This document shows, one piece after another, positions 49,775 to 63,669 of a stretch of 64,000 nucleotides of DNA (positions are counted from its first letter, which is position 1; each line of letters begins with the position of its first letter). This stretch comes from Chiloscyllium plagiosum (lineage: Eukaryota). The notes below the pieces were generated by a model, which saw only the letters and a list, made by a program, of their open reading frames with translations, did no database searches and was not told where the DNA came from. The position numbers and the translations under genes are program-made. The stretch lies in the NCBI RefSeq assembly GCF_004010195.1, contig NC_057759.1, positions 990,163 to 1,054,162 of the forward strand, written 5' to 3'.

Positions 49775-52245
49775 AAGAACAAAGAACAAAGAAAATTTAC
49801 ATCCCAGGAACATGCCCTTCAGCCCTGCAAGCCTGAGCCGATCCAAATCCACTGTCTAAAGCTGTCGCCCAATTCCTAAGCATCTCTCGCTCCCCAACAA
49901 CTCATGCATCTGTCCAGAAACATCACAAATGAATCTTCCGTGCCTGCCTCCACAACCTCTGCTGGGAACGTGTTCCAGGCATCTACCACCCTCTGTGTAA
50001 ACATCTTGCTGCGTGTATCCCACTTAAACGTTTCACCTCTCACCTTGAAAGTTATCTCTATCTACCCTGTCTGTACCCTTCATGATTTTGTCGACCTCAA
50101 TTAGGTTCCCTTCTCAATCTCATTTTTTCTAATGAAAACACACCTAACCTAATCAACCTCTCTTCATAGCTAGCACCTTCCATACCAGGCAACATCCTCA
50201 TAAACATCTCTGCACCATCTCCAAAGTGTCCACATCCTTTTGGTAATGTGGCGACCAGAACTCTGCACAGCATTCTAAAGGCGGCTGAACCAATGTCGTG
50301 TACAATTTTACCTGCCAGCACTTATACTCAATACCCTATCCGATGAAGGCAAACATACCATATGCCTTCTTGACCACTCTACCGATGCAGCAACATTCAG
50401 GGTACAATGGACCTGAACTCCCAGATCTCTCTGCTCATCAACGTTTCCCATTACTATTTCAATTACTATATAATTTGCTCTAGAATTAGACTTCCCAAAA
50501 TGCATCACCTCACAATTACCTGGATTGGTCTCCATCTGCCACTTTTCCACACAAATTTCTAGTCTATCTATATTCTCCTGTATTCTTTGACAGTCCCCAT
50601 GCTTTCTGCTACTCCATCAATCTCCATGTCATCTGCAAACTTGCTGATCATACCAACAGTGCCCACTTTCAGATCATTTATGTATCACAAACAACAGTGA
50701 CCCCAGCACTGATCCCTCTAGAACACCACTGGTCACCTTTCTCTATTTCGAGAAACTCCCTTCAAATACTACTCTCTGTCTCCTGTTGCTCAACTAGTTC
50801 TTTATCCACCTAGCAAGGACAACCTTCACACTATGTGACTTCACTTTCTCTATTCGTTCATCAAACGTCTTACTAAAGTCCATGTATATGACATCTATAG
50901 CCTTTCCTTCATCTATCAACTTGGTCACTCCCTCAAAGAACTCTATTAAGTTGGTAAGGCACGATCTCCCCCACACAATACCATGTTGCCTAATACTGAT
51001 AAGCCCATTCTTTTCCAAATATAAATAGACTTTATCCCTCAGTAGCTTCTCCAACAACTTTCCCACCACTGACGTCAGGGTCATTGGTCTGTAGTTACCC
51101 GGAATATCCCTTCATGTACAGGGGACAATATGAGCAACGCTCCAGTCCTCCGGCACCTCACTTTTATTTAAGGATGCTACAAAGATAGTTGTCAGGGCCC
51201 CAGCTATTTCTTCTCTTGCCTCCCTCAGCAACCTAGGATAGATCCAATCCGGTCCTGGGAATTTGTCCACCTTAATAACCTTTAGCGTACCCAACAGATC
51301 TTCCTTATTTATGTCAACGTGATCTTGAGTAACCAAACTTCTGTGTCTGATCTCAACATTCATCATGTCCCCCTCTTCAGTGAAAACTGATGCAAAGTAA
51401 TCATTCACAATCTCATCCATTCTCTCAGGTTCGACACACAGCCTTCCTTCATGATCCTTTAGTGGAACATTCCATTCCCTAGTTACCCGCTTGCTTCTTA
51501 TATAAGAATTAAAGGTTTGGGATTCTCCTTATTTCTGCTCACTATAGCTATTTCATGGCCCCTTTTATCCCGCTTGATTCCTCGCTTAAGACTGGTCCTA
51601 GACTCCTGATATTCCTCCAGGGTCTGTTCTGTTCTTAGCTGCCTGAACTTTATGTACACTTCCCTTTTCATCTTGGTTAGTCATACGATTTGTCCTGTCA
51701 TCCACGGTTCACGAATCTTGCCTTTCCTATCCTTTGCTTTCAACGGGACATGCCTATCCTGCACTATCTTTAACCTATCTTTGAAAGCCTCCCGCATATC
51801 AAATGTGGGCTTCTCTTCAAATAGCTGTGTCCAATCCCCATTTCCCAGCTTCTGCCTAATTTTGATATAATTGGCCTTGCCCAGTTTAGTAATCTTCCCT
51901 TAGGACCACTCTCATCTTTGTCTACCAGTATTCTAAAACTTACAGAATTGTGGTCACTATTCTCAAAGAAACCCCCCACAATGTAACTTCTCCCACCTGG
52001 CCTGGCTCATTCCCCAACACCAGGTCCAATATGGCCCCTTCCCTCGTCGGGCTGTTGACATATTGCTCCAGAAAACTCTCCTGGATGCTTCTTAAAAATT
52101 CTGCCCCATCCAGAATTCTGACATAAGTGTATCCCAGTCAATGTTGGGAAAATTAAAATCTCCCATCACCACCACCCTGTTGCCTTTACATCTTTCCATA
52201 AGCTGTTTACCTATTTGTTCTTCTACCTTATGCTAACTGTTGGGA
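49775..52245 (-). mobile_element. Long degraded CR1 ORF2 (endonuclease C-terminus, RT, 3' end)
   Basis: SDHNSVSF, PGPDWIYPRLLRE...VPEDW, LTSVVGKLLE...QHG..GRSCLTNLIEFFE...DVIYMDFSK. Confidence 0.92.
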
Positions 52246-52969
52246 GGCCTGTAATACAGCCCCAGCAATGTAACAGCACCCTTTATATTTTAGCGTCTCT
52301 CGCCCGGAGGTGTATGTGGCGCTTAGGTGNNNNNNNNNNNNNNNNNNNNNNNNNNNNNNNNNNNNNNNNNNNNNNNNNNNNNNNNNNNNNNNNNNNNNNN
52401 NNNNNNNNNNNNNNNNNNNNNNNNNNNNNNNNNNNNNNNNNNNNNNNNNNNNNNNNNNNNNNNNNNNNNNNNNNNNNNNNNNNNNNNNNNNNNNNNNNNN
52501 NNNNNNNNNNNNNNNNNNNNNNNNNNNNNNNNNNNNNNNNNNNNNNNNNNNNNNNNNNNNNNNNNNNNNNNNNNNNNNNNNNNNNNNNNNNNNNNNNNNN
52601 NNNNNNNNNNNNNNNNNNNNNNNNNNNNNNNNNNNNNNNNNNNNNNNNNNNNNNNNNNNNNNNNNNNNNNNNNNNNNNNNNNNNNNNNNNNNNNNNNNNN
52701 NNNNNNNNNNNNNNNNNNNNNNNNNNNNNNNNNNNNNNNNNNNNNNNNNNNNNNNNNNNNNNNNNNNNNNNNNNNNNNNNNNNNNNNNNNNNNNNNNNNN
52801 NNNNNNNNNNNNNNNNNNNNNNNNNNNNNTTTCAACAACCATCCGTGAAGGAGGGGTTAAGTTTTGAGATGGAGGGAAACTGTGCTTACTGACAGGACAA
52901 GAGTTAACGAAGAGTCGTCGAGTCATAGAGACTTATAGCGTGGAAACAGACCCTTCGGTCTGCTATAAC

Positions 52970-54330
52970 TCAGTTAATTTACCTGAGCTAAAGATGTCTG
53001 CTTTTTCATCACTGTTCCTGGTTTGTCTCAACTATCTATCCAACAGGGTCTCTGCTAATTTCTCTTCAACTTTCTTATCTGTACTCTTTGATCTTTACTG
53101 TTTCAACTGGTGACTTTGTGACCTCGTTACCACACATTCAGGAAACATCCCAGGATGTGTGTCCTGCAGTAGTCCAGTTGCCTGAATTTCCATTGGCTTT
53201 TCAACCACAATCAGCACTCCCACCAGTGAATCAGCAACATCATTATCAAGGATAAATTGTATTCCCGGAGCTGAAAGTTTGTCCAGTACTCCTACTATGA
53301 CTTCTCCCCTCTTCACTCTAACCTCACTTCTTACAATTGAGCATTTCTTATTTCAATGTGAATTCCAGTTACTCATATCTTTTCTGGCAATAGTCCTTTA
53401 GAGGTACATATATCTTCATATTTTAGCATCACAGATTGAGAGGATCCTTATATCTCTGAATATTGCTACCTCTTTACCTGTTGCTCCTGGCCGATGCGAG
53501 TAAACTTTACCTTCATGGTGTATGGTTTAAGAAGATCTGGCACTTCCTCCATAAACAACCTCCAACCAGCTTGTACATTCTGGTGCACCTTTCTAGTCTC
53601 CACAGTGCTCTCTGTTACCACTTCAACAAAATTCACTGGCTTATCCTGTTTTCCTACATCTGGCTTCTCAGTGTTTTTCCTAACCAGCTCATACTGATTC
53701 CATGGCCTACTTTATTGAAAACACCAGAGCTTTTTCACATGTCTTTCCCCTTCAAGGGTTTCCTTTTTACCCTGTGGTAAATTATCCTTATGATCTTCAC
53801 AGAGATCTAATTTTTACTTTCCATGTAAGAATTTCTCTTATCCACAATTATTATCCCTCATGGATTGAAATTGATTTTGGCAGCCCAATTTTGATTGATT
53901 GATCAACTCAATCATCAGCCATTTCTGATGTCAGTCTTACTGTTTTAACTCTCTCCTCTTACATGTGAGTTCTCATTACATCAGGAAGTGAATTTTTGAA
54001 TTCCTGTCGAAGTGTCAATTACCAAAGTTCAAACTCCCTCTTTATTCCTTTCCTCTCTCTCCTTTTCTCTCTTCTCCCTCTCTTCTGTTTTTAATCGTAA
54101 TTCAAACTGTTTCGTTTCTGTTGCCCTTTCCTTGACTTTTGCCTCTGACTCGAGTTGTTTCATTATCATTGTTCCCTAGCTGCTGCCTGACCTGCTGCGC
54201 TTTTCCAGCAACACATTTCCATCTCTGATCTCCAGCATCTGCAGACCTCACTTTCTCATCATTGTTTCATTATCAATTAAATGTTAGCCATCCCTAAAGA
54301 TTCTGATGGCATTTCCAGCAAATTTAAATG
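52970..54330 (-). mobile_element. Gypsy (Gmr1-like) LTR retrotransposon gag/protease remnant
   Basis: GEVIVGVLDKL..PGIQFILDND...FPECVVTRSQ is typical of the region after the protease. Upstream charged coiled-coil gag-like sequence. Confidence 0.6.
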
Positions 54331-54792
54331 GTGAGCTATAAGTGGATGATAGCTGTATGCTTCAAAACTATACAGACGGTTTGGTGGCGTGTGCAAGAAC
54401 GTGGCAGATGGAGTTCAGCTCTGATAAGTGTCAGGGAATGCATTTTGGGAAGTCAGACGGTAAATGAGAATCGACAATAAATGGGAATATACTGAGGGGG
54501 ACAGGTGAAGTGAGAGATCTTAGTGTGCAAAAGCTCAGAAGGGGCTGTAAAGAAGGCACATGGAATGCTCTCCTTCATTGGCAGAGGGTTGAATACAAAA
54601 ATAAGGAAATAACACTGGTGGCTACAACAGGAATATTGTGTGCAGTCGGGTCACCACATTACGTCATTGCTGTGGAGAGAGTGCAGAGGAGATTTACTAG
54701 AATGTTGCCGGAGCTGGTGAATTGTAACTATCAGGAGAGATTGGAGAGTTTGGGATGGTATTCCTTGGAACAGTGGTGCCATGATTAAGGAA

Positions 54793-55015
54793 TACAGGGC
54801 GACACTCATATCCGCAGGTCCGGTTATCGCGGTTTCACGTACCCGTAGTTTACAGTGGTCTGAGCATATAAAAGGAAATGTTCCAGAACCAGGGACCAGG
54901 AGACTGCCGGAAGGTATATTTCCCATTTAAATGAATGGTTTTGCACCTAGCTGCGATTTTGCGTTTCCGCTGTAGGTCCTGGAACATATACCCCATGGGT
55001 ACTGGGGTCTACAGT
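54793..55015. mobile_element. Tc1/mariner (pogo/Tigger-like) non-autonomous element
   Basis: Begins tacag...tatccgc...ttatcgcggtttc and ends ggggtctacagta. Degenerate TIRs, TA flanks. Confidence 0.5.
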
Positions 55016-56387
55016 ACTAAATAGTGAGCTACCTGATGAAGAAGCTGCACTCTGAAAGCGTGCACTTCCATATAAACCTGTTGAACTATAACCTAGTGTT
55101 TTGTGATTTTTAACTAACTGGAGTTAAAAATCTAGTCCTGGAGCGAGGACTGCAGATGCTGGAGATCAGAGCTGAAAATGTGTTGCTGGAAAAGCGCTTC
55201 AAAACTATACAGGAAGGGCTCATGCCCGAAACGTCGATTCTCCTGCTCCTTGGATGCTGCCTGACCTGCTGCGCTTTTCCAGCAACACATTTTCAGAGGG
55301 AGACATGAGACAGGAGGAACCTGTTTCCTTTAGCAGAGAGTTCAAAAACCAATGATCACGGATTCAAGTTAAGTAGCTGTAGGATTAGACTTTATGAGCA
55401 AAAATTATTTTTTTATGCAGAGAGTGGAGGGTATCTGGAATTCGGTGCCTGATTTGGTGGTGCAGGCAAAGACCTTACATATTTTTAAACAAATTCCCTG
55501 GTACTGAGCCTCAAGTGTTCTAAACTGCAAGGTTACAGGCGGTGCCAGGATGGTGGGATGAGAAAGGGCATGTAGGCATGGACAAGATGGGCATGTAGGC
55601 ATGGACCCCCCACCCCAAAGCTGTATTATTTTTATAATTCTCCAGTTATCAATGAGACCAGACCAGTCAATGCTGTGTGAATATGTAAATATATTTACCC
55701 TATACAGAAAGTTTCAGTTTGATAACTACACCCACACATTCACCAAACAGGAACTGACAGGCATAGATCAATAACTAAACTCACATATACCCACTTGCAT
55801 CAGGTGGCCCCATTCATGGAGCTGTATGGGTGTTGTTTAGTTTCTGAATCTCACTCAACTGGTATTAGAATTTTAAGAAAAAATGGACAAGGAGCAGCTC
55901 AGCAGGAGTGGAATCAGACCCGTGATTCTGTTTAAATTGCTGGCTTTAAACAAAACCAAAAAAACACATTCAGTGATGATTAACTGAATGTTACATTGTT
56001 GTTGCCAGTCACAACTGATGTTGATTTACTGGAGCTCTCCCTTCTATATTCCTCCACGCAAGTACTCAAAGGACCAAGACAATGTAATATTCCCTCGGTA
56101 CAGAGCCAAGTGTGACCAGCTGCTTCGAACAAACAGCAGGTATGTTCCTGCTGTCAGAGCGAAGAACATCCTTTCAATAGACAATAGGTGCAGGAGTAGG
56201 CCATTCTGCCCTTCGAGCCAGCACCACAATTCATTATGATCATGGCTAGTCATCCTCAATCAGTATCCTGTTCTTGTCTTATCCCCATAACCCTTGATTC
56301 CACTATCCTTAAGAGCTCTATCCAACTTTCTTGAAAGTATCCAGAGACTTGGCCTCCACAGACTTCTGGGGCAGAGCATTCCATACA

Positions 56388-56913
56388 CTAGGGTGAGGTG
56401 GGGGAAGGGGAAATGTGGAAACTGTTGAAGTCCACATTGATGCCCTGTGGTTGAAGTGTTCCGAGGCGGAAGATGAGGTGTTCTTCCTCCAGGCGTCTGT
56501 TGGTGAGGGAGCAGCGGTGAAGGAGGCCCAGGACCTCCATGTCCTCAGCAGAGTGGGAGGGGGAATTGAAAAATTGGGCCACGGGGTGGTGTGGTTGATG
56601 TGTGCAGGTGTCCCGGAGATGTTCCCTACAGCTCTCTGCTAGGAGGCGTCCAGTCTCCCCAATGTAGAGGAGACCACATTGGGAACCCTTCCCTCACCCT
56701 AGTTCTAAACTTCCAGCTCAGCACTGTCCCCATGACTTGTCCTACCTGCCTATCTTCTTTTCCACCTATCCATTCCACCCTCCTCCTTGACTTATCACCT
56801 TCATCCTCTCCCCCACTCACCTATTGTNNNNNNNNATGCTGTCTGAACTGCTGTGCTCTTCCAGCACCACTAATCCAGAATCTGGTTTCCAGCATCTGCA
56901 GTCATTGTTTTTA
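56388..56913. mobile_element. Penelope-like fragment with inversion
   Basis: Minus-strand RRLEEEHLIFRLGTLQPQG, followed by plus-strand 3' terminus. Confidence 0.85.
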
Positions 56914-59900
56914 CAAGGTTGTTATTGTACCCACTTCTGCCACTTCCTCTGGCAGCTCATTCCAAAAAACATACCACCAAAAAACATATCTCTGTGTGAT
57001 AAAGTTATCCCTCAGGTCGCTTTTAAATATTTCCCCTCTCACCTTAAACCAATGTCCTCTAGTTTTGGACTCCCTGCCCCGGAGAAAAGACCTTGACTAT
57101 TCACCTTATCCAAGCCCCTATTTCTGCAGCAATATACATATGAAACATCAAAGACCACTTAATGTGAGTCTAGCCTTGGACTGCAAGTGCACATCTAAAT
57201 CGTCCTTCAATATGATGAGGATTTCTGCCTCTCACACCCTGACAGGCAGTGAGTTCCAGATCCCCACCACCCTTTGAGTGAAAATGTTTTCCCTCACATC
57301 CCCCTTGAAACCTCCTACCCCTTGCTTTAAATCTATGCCCCTCCCCCAGTCATTAATCCCTCCTTCAAGGGGGCGGGGGAGGTTTCTTCCTGTCCACCCT
57401 ATCTATGCCCCTCATCACTTTATACATCTCCATCACATCCCATACTCAATCTGCTCTGCTCTAAAGAAAACAACCCCAGTCTGTCCAATCTCTCTCCATC
57501 ACTGAAACTCTCCAGCCCCCAAGGCAATAACCTGGTAAATCTGTAGTTCCCTATGGCCGAAACAATCTTTCAGGTGAAGCAACATTTCAACTGTACCTCC
57601 TCCAATATTAAGTATTGAACTTGCTGCACCCAATGTGGACTACACTACATTGGCGAAACCAAACATAGACAAGATGGACACTTTACAGAACACTTCCAGT
57701 GTGTGCACAAACAGGACCCCAACTTTTTTGGCAGCCAGTCATTTTAACACAGGTCACATGTCCATGTGTCCTTCCTTGGCATGTTGCAGTGTTCCAGCGA
57801 ATCACAGTACAAACTGAAGGAACAACGTCTTTTCTTCAGATTAGGCACTTTGCAATGGTTTGGAATTAATGTTGAATTGTGAACCCATTCCCTCCCATTC
57901 TCTTAGCTTGTTACATTCTGTTATAATGCCACCTCTCCCCTCACACCCCCTCACGCTGCCGCCTCNNNNNNNNNNNNNNNNNNNNNNNNNNNNNNNNNNN
58001 NNNNCCACCCCACCCCCGCCATTTCAATATGGATTTTCTGTCCTTTCAAGTCTGGCAGGAGTGTTATGGACCAGTCCGGTCTCCTAAACATATTTCAAAA
58101 AGTTGCCCAGACTCTTACTTAGCTAAATGTTTTAAGCAGGTGTATGGCAGACACTCCAAGAGTGTTTGAGCTGATCAAACCTCTTAGTTTTAAACAAAAC
58201 AGAATTTATTAACAAGATTATTGAATGAAACACAAGGTTTCCGAACTGAATGATACTGTTCCAAATAATTGCAACAATTTCCATAAATGCCCCTTGGCAC
58301 AAATGGTAAAATCAAACACAGGTTCTCCGAGTAGAGATGTCAGTCCATGGGAGGATCAGCATGGCCCTGCTTTTTTGGATGCAGCAGCTTCACAATGACT
58401 GCTTGCTAACACCAAACCAAACCAGAGAAAACTGAGCTGGGAGAACTGACCGCTCTCCTTCCATTGTACAAATATTCTTATTTAAAAACTTGAAAGTCTT
58501 TTTCATGAGGCAGTATCCGTTAGCTTGAATCAAATTGACCCTAAAACCCTTCAAACCTAGACTTACCTGGAATCGCTGCCTTTGAAACATCTCTGAAAAA
58601 AAATGCCAAGAACAGCATCGTCAAATGAGACATACCAATCCTGATGAAGAGCTTATGCTCAAAACGTTGACTCTCCTGCTGTGTGTCTCTAGCACCACAC
58701 TCTTCAACATACCATTGTTCAGCCATTTTCACATTTGAATTACTTAATCTGAACTACGAACGTATATTCTCCAATAGCACTTTATACCCGGTACCCCCAT
58801 AGTGTCCCCTTCCAAACCATAACATAAATGCTGAGCCCGCCACACATCTCCAGCTCTGATGAACAGTCATCTTGACTACTTTTTCTCTCTCCATGGATGC
58901 TGCCTGACCCATTGTGATTTCTTGTATTGGCTGTTTTCAGTGCTAACATTCTTTCTGTGTGTGTGTATGTGGAAGAGAGAGAGAGAGAAAGACAGAGAAA
59001 GAAGATGATCAACCTCAATTCAGATACTTTAGCATTCTCTGCACACTCCCACATATACACACGTACATGCACACACATGCGTACATACACGCACATGCGT
59101 GTGCACACACACACATGTGCTCACATAGACACATGTGCACACACAAAAAGTTGATAGAATTCATTTTGGAATGCCATGCTTCTAGGAATTCTTGTGCATG
59201 TCCCTGTTTAGCCTGGCCTAGGATGGATGAGTTGTCCCAGTCGAAGTGGTGTCCTTCCTCATCCGTATGTTAGGATACGAGTGAGAGTAGATCATGTCGT
59301 TTTGTGGCTAGTTGATGTTCATGTATCCTATCAACAAACACATTGACTTGGATCCCATTGACCACCCACTGAGAGAAAGAATAGGAAATGATATCACCAG
59401 AGGAAATGATGTCTCCACAGGCAATTACAGCACCAACCCAAGGAAACTCAGACGTATAAATTGATAGTGGGCTACACGAACAGTGCTTCATCCAGAGGCT
59501 CAGTGACGATATTACCTAGTCTGGTGATGAACAGTCTGAAAACGAACCTTCCAGCTCAGTGAGCAAACCTACATCCAAAACCTCAACCTGAGGTACGAAT
59601 CTTCTCAAAACCAGTTAAATTTTAATTTCACAATTATATTCATTCAAAACTTTTTTTAATGGATTTTGTTCATTTTTGTTGTAGGGACGGCACGGTGGCG
59701 CACTGGTTTGCACTGCTACCTGACAGCGCGTCAGGCAACGGTGTGGAGTTTCCACGTTCGTCTCTGAGTGCGTTTCCTCCGGATGCTCCGGTTTCCTCCC
59801 ACAGTCCAAAGATGTGCAGGTCAGGTGAATTGGCCATGCTAAATTGCTCGTAGTGTTAGGTGCATTAGTCAGGGGTGAGTGGAGTGGAATGTGTCTGGGT

Positions 59901-60928
59901 GGGTTGCTCTTCAGAGGGCCGGTGTGGACTTGTTGGGCCGAAGGGCCTGATTCCACACTGTAGGGAATCTAATCTAATCTCATAAGGAGTCGATAGGTAG
60001 AGAGAGGGCAAACACTGAGATTTTCCGATATTACCAGATTCACAACAGGATGGTCCAATTTCCTTCCATTTTAGTTAATCGTTCTTCTCCCATTGTTAGC
60101 TTCACAGGCCCGAACGGAAGTAATTGAAAACATAACGGCAATTTACTCCTGTACTACATCGCAGTTGTAAACTGAACTTGATTGTTGTCACAGAGTCCTA
60201 TAGCATGGAGACAACCCCTTTGGCCCAAACTAGTCCATGCCGTCCACAATGTCCGGCCATGCTAACGTCATTTCCCTGCACTTCGCCCATATCCTTCTGT
60301 GCTTTCCTATCCTTATCTTGTGTTGACAATGCTGCATCAACTGTCCTCTGTCTGAAACGGTAAATCAGATATGTAAGACAAATTTCTGAGAGAAACAGAT
60401 ATAATGTGAATTAGAACCATAATTTTCAATCGTCAGGTCGGGAAACTGGGGAGAAGATGTGTGTGTGTGTGAGAAAGAGAGAGAGAGAGATTCAGCGAGA
60501 GAGAGTCTGTGAGAGAGAGAGATAGAGGGCGAGGGAGAGAGTTAAACAAACAGTGAAAGGCAGAAAAAGGGGAATGAGACAGTGCGAGATGGGCCACCGT
60601 ATGAAACATGGCATGAATTTATTGAGTAACAGGAGATGGTGCAATATCTGTGATGGTCAGACTGAATTTCGAAATGTAAGATGTTTTTATTGCTTATGAG
60701 TTTGAAGCAATATTGAATTTCACAGTCTGAAAATTTTTAGAAACAAATCAAACATGATACAAATTAACCACAAAACAGACCGGGCGGGCTTAATGGCACT
60801 GACATTTGTTATCTGATACTACATTTCAATGGATATAAAAAAAAACGCATGACCCTAATGTAACAGGTCCCCACACAGCACTAAAAGTAGAGAATCGAAC
60901 CACTGAGATGATGCATGAGCAAGTTCTA

Positions 60929-61463
60929 TTAAGGAGAGAGTATCTTCTGTTGTTTTCTGAAGTTTACTGTCAGGCTCTTTAGATATTTGAGGGCACTCTT
61001 CAACTCTGCCCTGAATTTACTCTGAGTTCCAGCATAAATAAATGGTTTGATACAAGAACTCAAAAGCTGAAGCATGATTCTGATTTCTTCCAGAATAAAG
61101 TTTGATTCGCTGGAATTGTTTCCGGAAAAATAACTGACTCTAGCAAACCTGACGTACAGGAAAGTTATGAGAACCCAAATCCATAAGAGTATGAAGTTCC
61201 CTGAGATGGCGAAGAGTAAAACAATAGACTTTCTGTGGTTCTCCATCTCAAGGTCACATTTACCTCTATTGCTCTGGCCGCTAGAATGTGCCTGACAGTC
61301 CGAGCATTGAGCAGCAGAATCAGCGTGAAAGCGAGACAAGGCGTTAAAATACGAAGAGTCCTGTCATATGCTACCCAAGCTGATGACGTATTAAATATTA
61401 TTTTAACGCTGCAAAACCAGGGTGTATTGTTAATTATGTACAAAGGTTCAGATATGAAATACA
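60929..61463 (-). pseudogene. GPR139-like GPCR copy B, 3' half (ECL2-TM7)
   Basis: EPLYIINNTPWFC...TPCLAFTLILLLNARTVRHILAA / ENHRKSIVLLFAISGNFILLW...MLQLLSSCIKPFIYAGTQSKFRAELK. It has a 28-bp deletion relative to copy A. Confidence 0.88.
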
Positions 61464-61980
61464 TGAGTGAATCAGATTTATTTTACCTCTTTTTTTATCA
61501 ATATGTAGTATGTAGTTGTATAAATAAAAGGGACTGAGAAGTATGAAAGAACAGATGGGAGGGAAAACAATTAGTACATATATATATTTCCGGTGGCCAA
61601 TAATCTTCAGAGGTCAAACGACCCCAGTGGAGAAACGCTGGTGGAGAACTGGCAGTGGCTAATCATCGGCGTCGAATCTTCCGTGGCGAATCGTCACCAA
61701 CCAATAATTCATATCAGCATGTCAATTATTAATGAGCATGCATATTGCCAGCAAAGAAACCGTACAGGCTAGGAAAGTGTTAGCTTTCAAATGAGTTTTG
61801 GAGATTGATCTTAAAAAAACTACATAAAATCTGATTGTCTTTTGAATAGGTACATTTTTCTTTGCTATCCCAACCAGCACTCCTCCTGACCTCTCATCCC
61901 CACCATTCCTACCACCAACAAACCACGCAGATACACTTTCCCTCATTTCCTGTACGCTCACCTACGTGTGTATGTTACAG

Positions 61981-62260
61981 CTAACAAGATGGCTATTGCG
62001 GTTCTGTCCCAAGGAAGATGCGGTCTCTCTAGATGTGTCACTCGGTCCCTGATATCGATGGCAGTATCCGATCTTCTTGTCATTTTTGCCGCCGTGATAT
62101 TAAACAGGATTTGTGGTATTTACTTCCCGGTCAGTTTCCTTTCTATTACACCGTTATGCAGTTTCCGTGCTGTCTTCAACATTGTAGCATTAGGCAGCTC
62201 CATCTGGCTAACAATGTCTTTCACTTTTGATCGATTTATAGCTATTTGTTGCCAGAAGAT
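61981..62260 (+). pseudogene. GPR139-like GPCR copy B, 5' part of exon 2 (TM1-TM3), inverted
   Basis: Acceptor gttacag, then ANKMAIAVLSQGRCGLSRC...SIWLTMSFTFDRFIAICCQK. It is on the opposite strand to its own 3' half. Confidence 0.88.
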
Positions 62261-63669
62261 GATTTTCTGGCCAGGAAAGATTTTTTTTTGTTCTGAACAT
62301 TGATTTTTACATGCAAGAAGATGTAACCGAGGTTTGCTTCCGTAACTCCCACTGCTTCGTCGGCCATCAGATGAAATGTTAATTCATGACCTATACTTCC
62401 TGTTCACCTCCAAGGAAACGTCCGTCTGATACAATGTTGATACTGATCCTCAATGAATAGCGTCAAATCAGAATATCCAATCAACAACATGGGTTTTGTC
62501 TTCTTTGTTTGCAAACTGTTTCTCACGGTTTCCAGCACTATAACAATGATATAATTTCAAGACTGTCTCATTAAAAGCAAAGATCTATGTAGCACCGATA
62601 GCTGTGAAAGGTGCAATGTCCTCGCGGCAACTTCTTGTTCTTTCTTCCTCGATTATCATTGCTTACAAAGTAATAGTGTGATACCAGTTTATCAGCGAGT
62701 GTTACATCCTTCCCTGCCACAATCTCCACCAATATTCAAATCATTCATTCCACAAATGCTAATCGAACAACTACACTATTCTTTCAAAAATTGGTGGAAA
62801 GCAAATACTTGCATAACATTGCACTGCGTTACTGTCAAGTACATTCGATAAAACAGTTTGTTGAATTTGCAGAGAAGAATGATGGGCTTTGAGTTTAATT
62901 GCTTTCAAAGAAACACCTTTTGGGAGGCAACATGAAAATCCGGAATCTGCACGCTACCATCAGTGCTTTTTGGGACTGACAGTAAAAGCGAATTCAGATT
63001 ATTAAACTTGTTGTTTTCTTGGTTCAGTTATTGTTTTTTCCTCAATTGTTTAATGAAATTGTGGGTTCTCAATTTAATTACTGATCAAGACGTCACAAGG
63101 CACTGTTGTAAATTATTGTGACAGAAATGCTCAGTTGGAATAGAACCTGTTCAGAAAAAGGCATGAGCCATATCACTCACTCATGTTATGGATCAGGCCA
63201 GAACCCGTCAAAACATTTCAAGAAAGTAGCTTAGGCCCTAACTTTGCTCGTTGTTTTAAGCAGGTGTAGAGTGGGTGTTCTAGGAGTGATGCAGCTGGCC
63301 AAACCACTTAGTTTTAAATGAATCAGAAGTTATTTGGACATTTATGGAAAGAAATACATACACAAGACTTACTCAACTATTTAAAAACTCAACAGACTAT
63401 CCCAATTCATTGAAGCTGTTCCAAATTCCTGCAACAATCCCATACGCACAATTTCGCAAGAACGTTTAAAACATACACAGGGTATTACAGGGAAGTGAGA
63501 TGCCAAAGCAATTTAGCGTGGAACACCTTCCGTGTAGCAGTTTCTTTTGGATTCAAAGCTAACAAGTGACCAACAGTTCTGAACAGTCAGATTGCTAATG
63601 AAAAATCAAAGCAATCCAAATCAGGGAAAAGCTGAGCTAGGAGAACTGGCGACTCAACATTCATTGTTT

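Larger units (their letters stand above)
57549..63391 (+). repeat. Segmental duplication copy B (internally inverted and deleted)
   Basis: Matches copy A except for the inverted block 61464-62260 and loss of A ~36253-39042. Confidence 0.9.
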
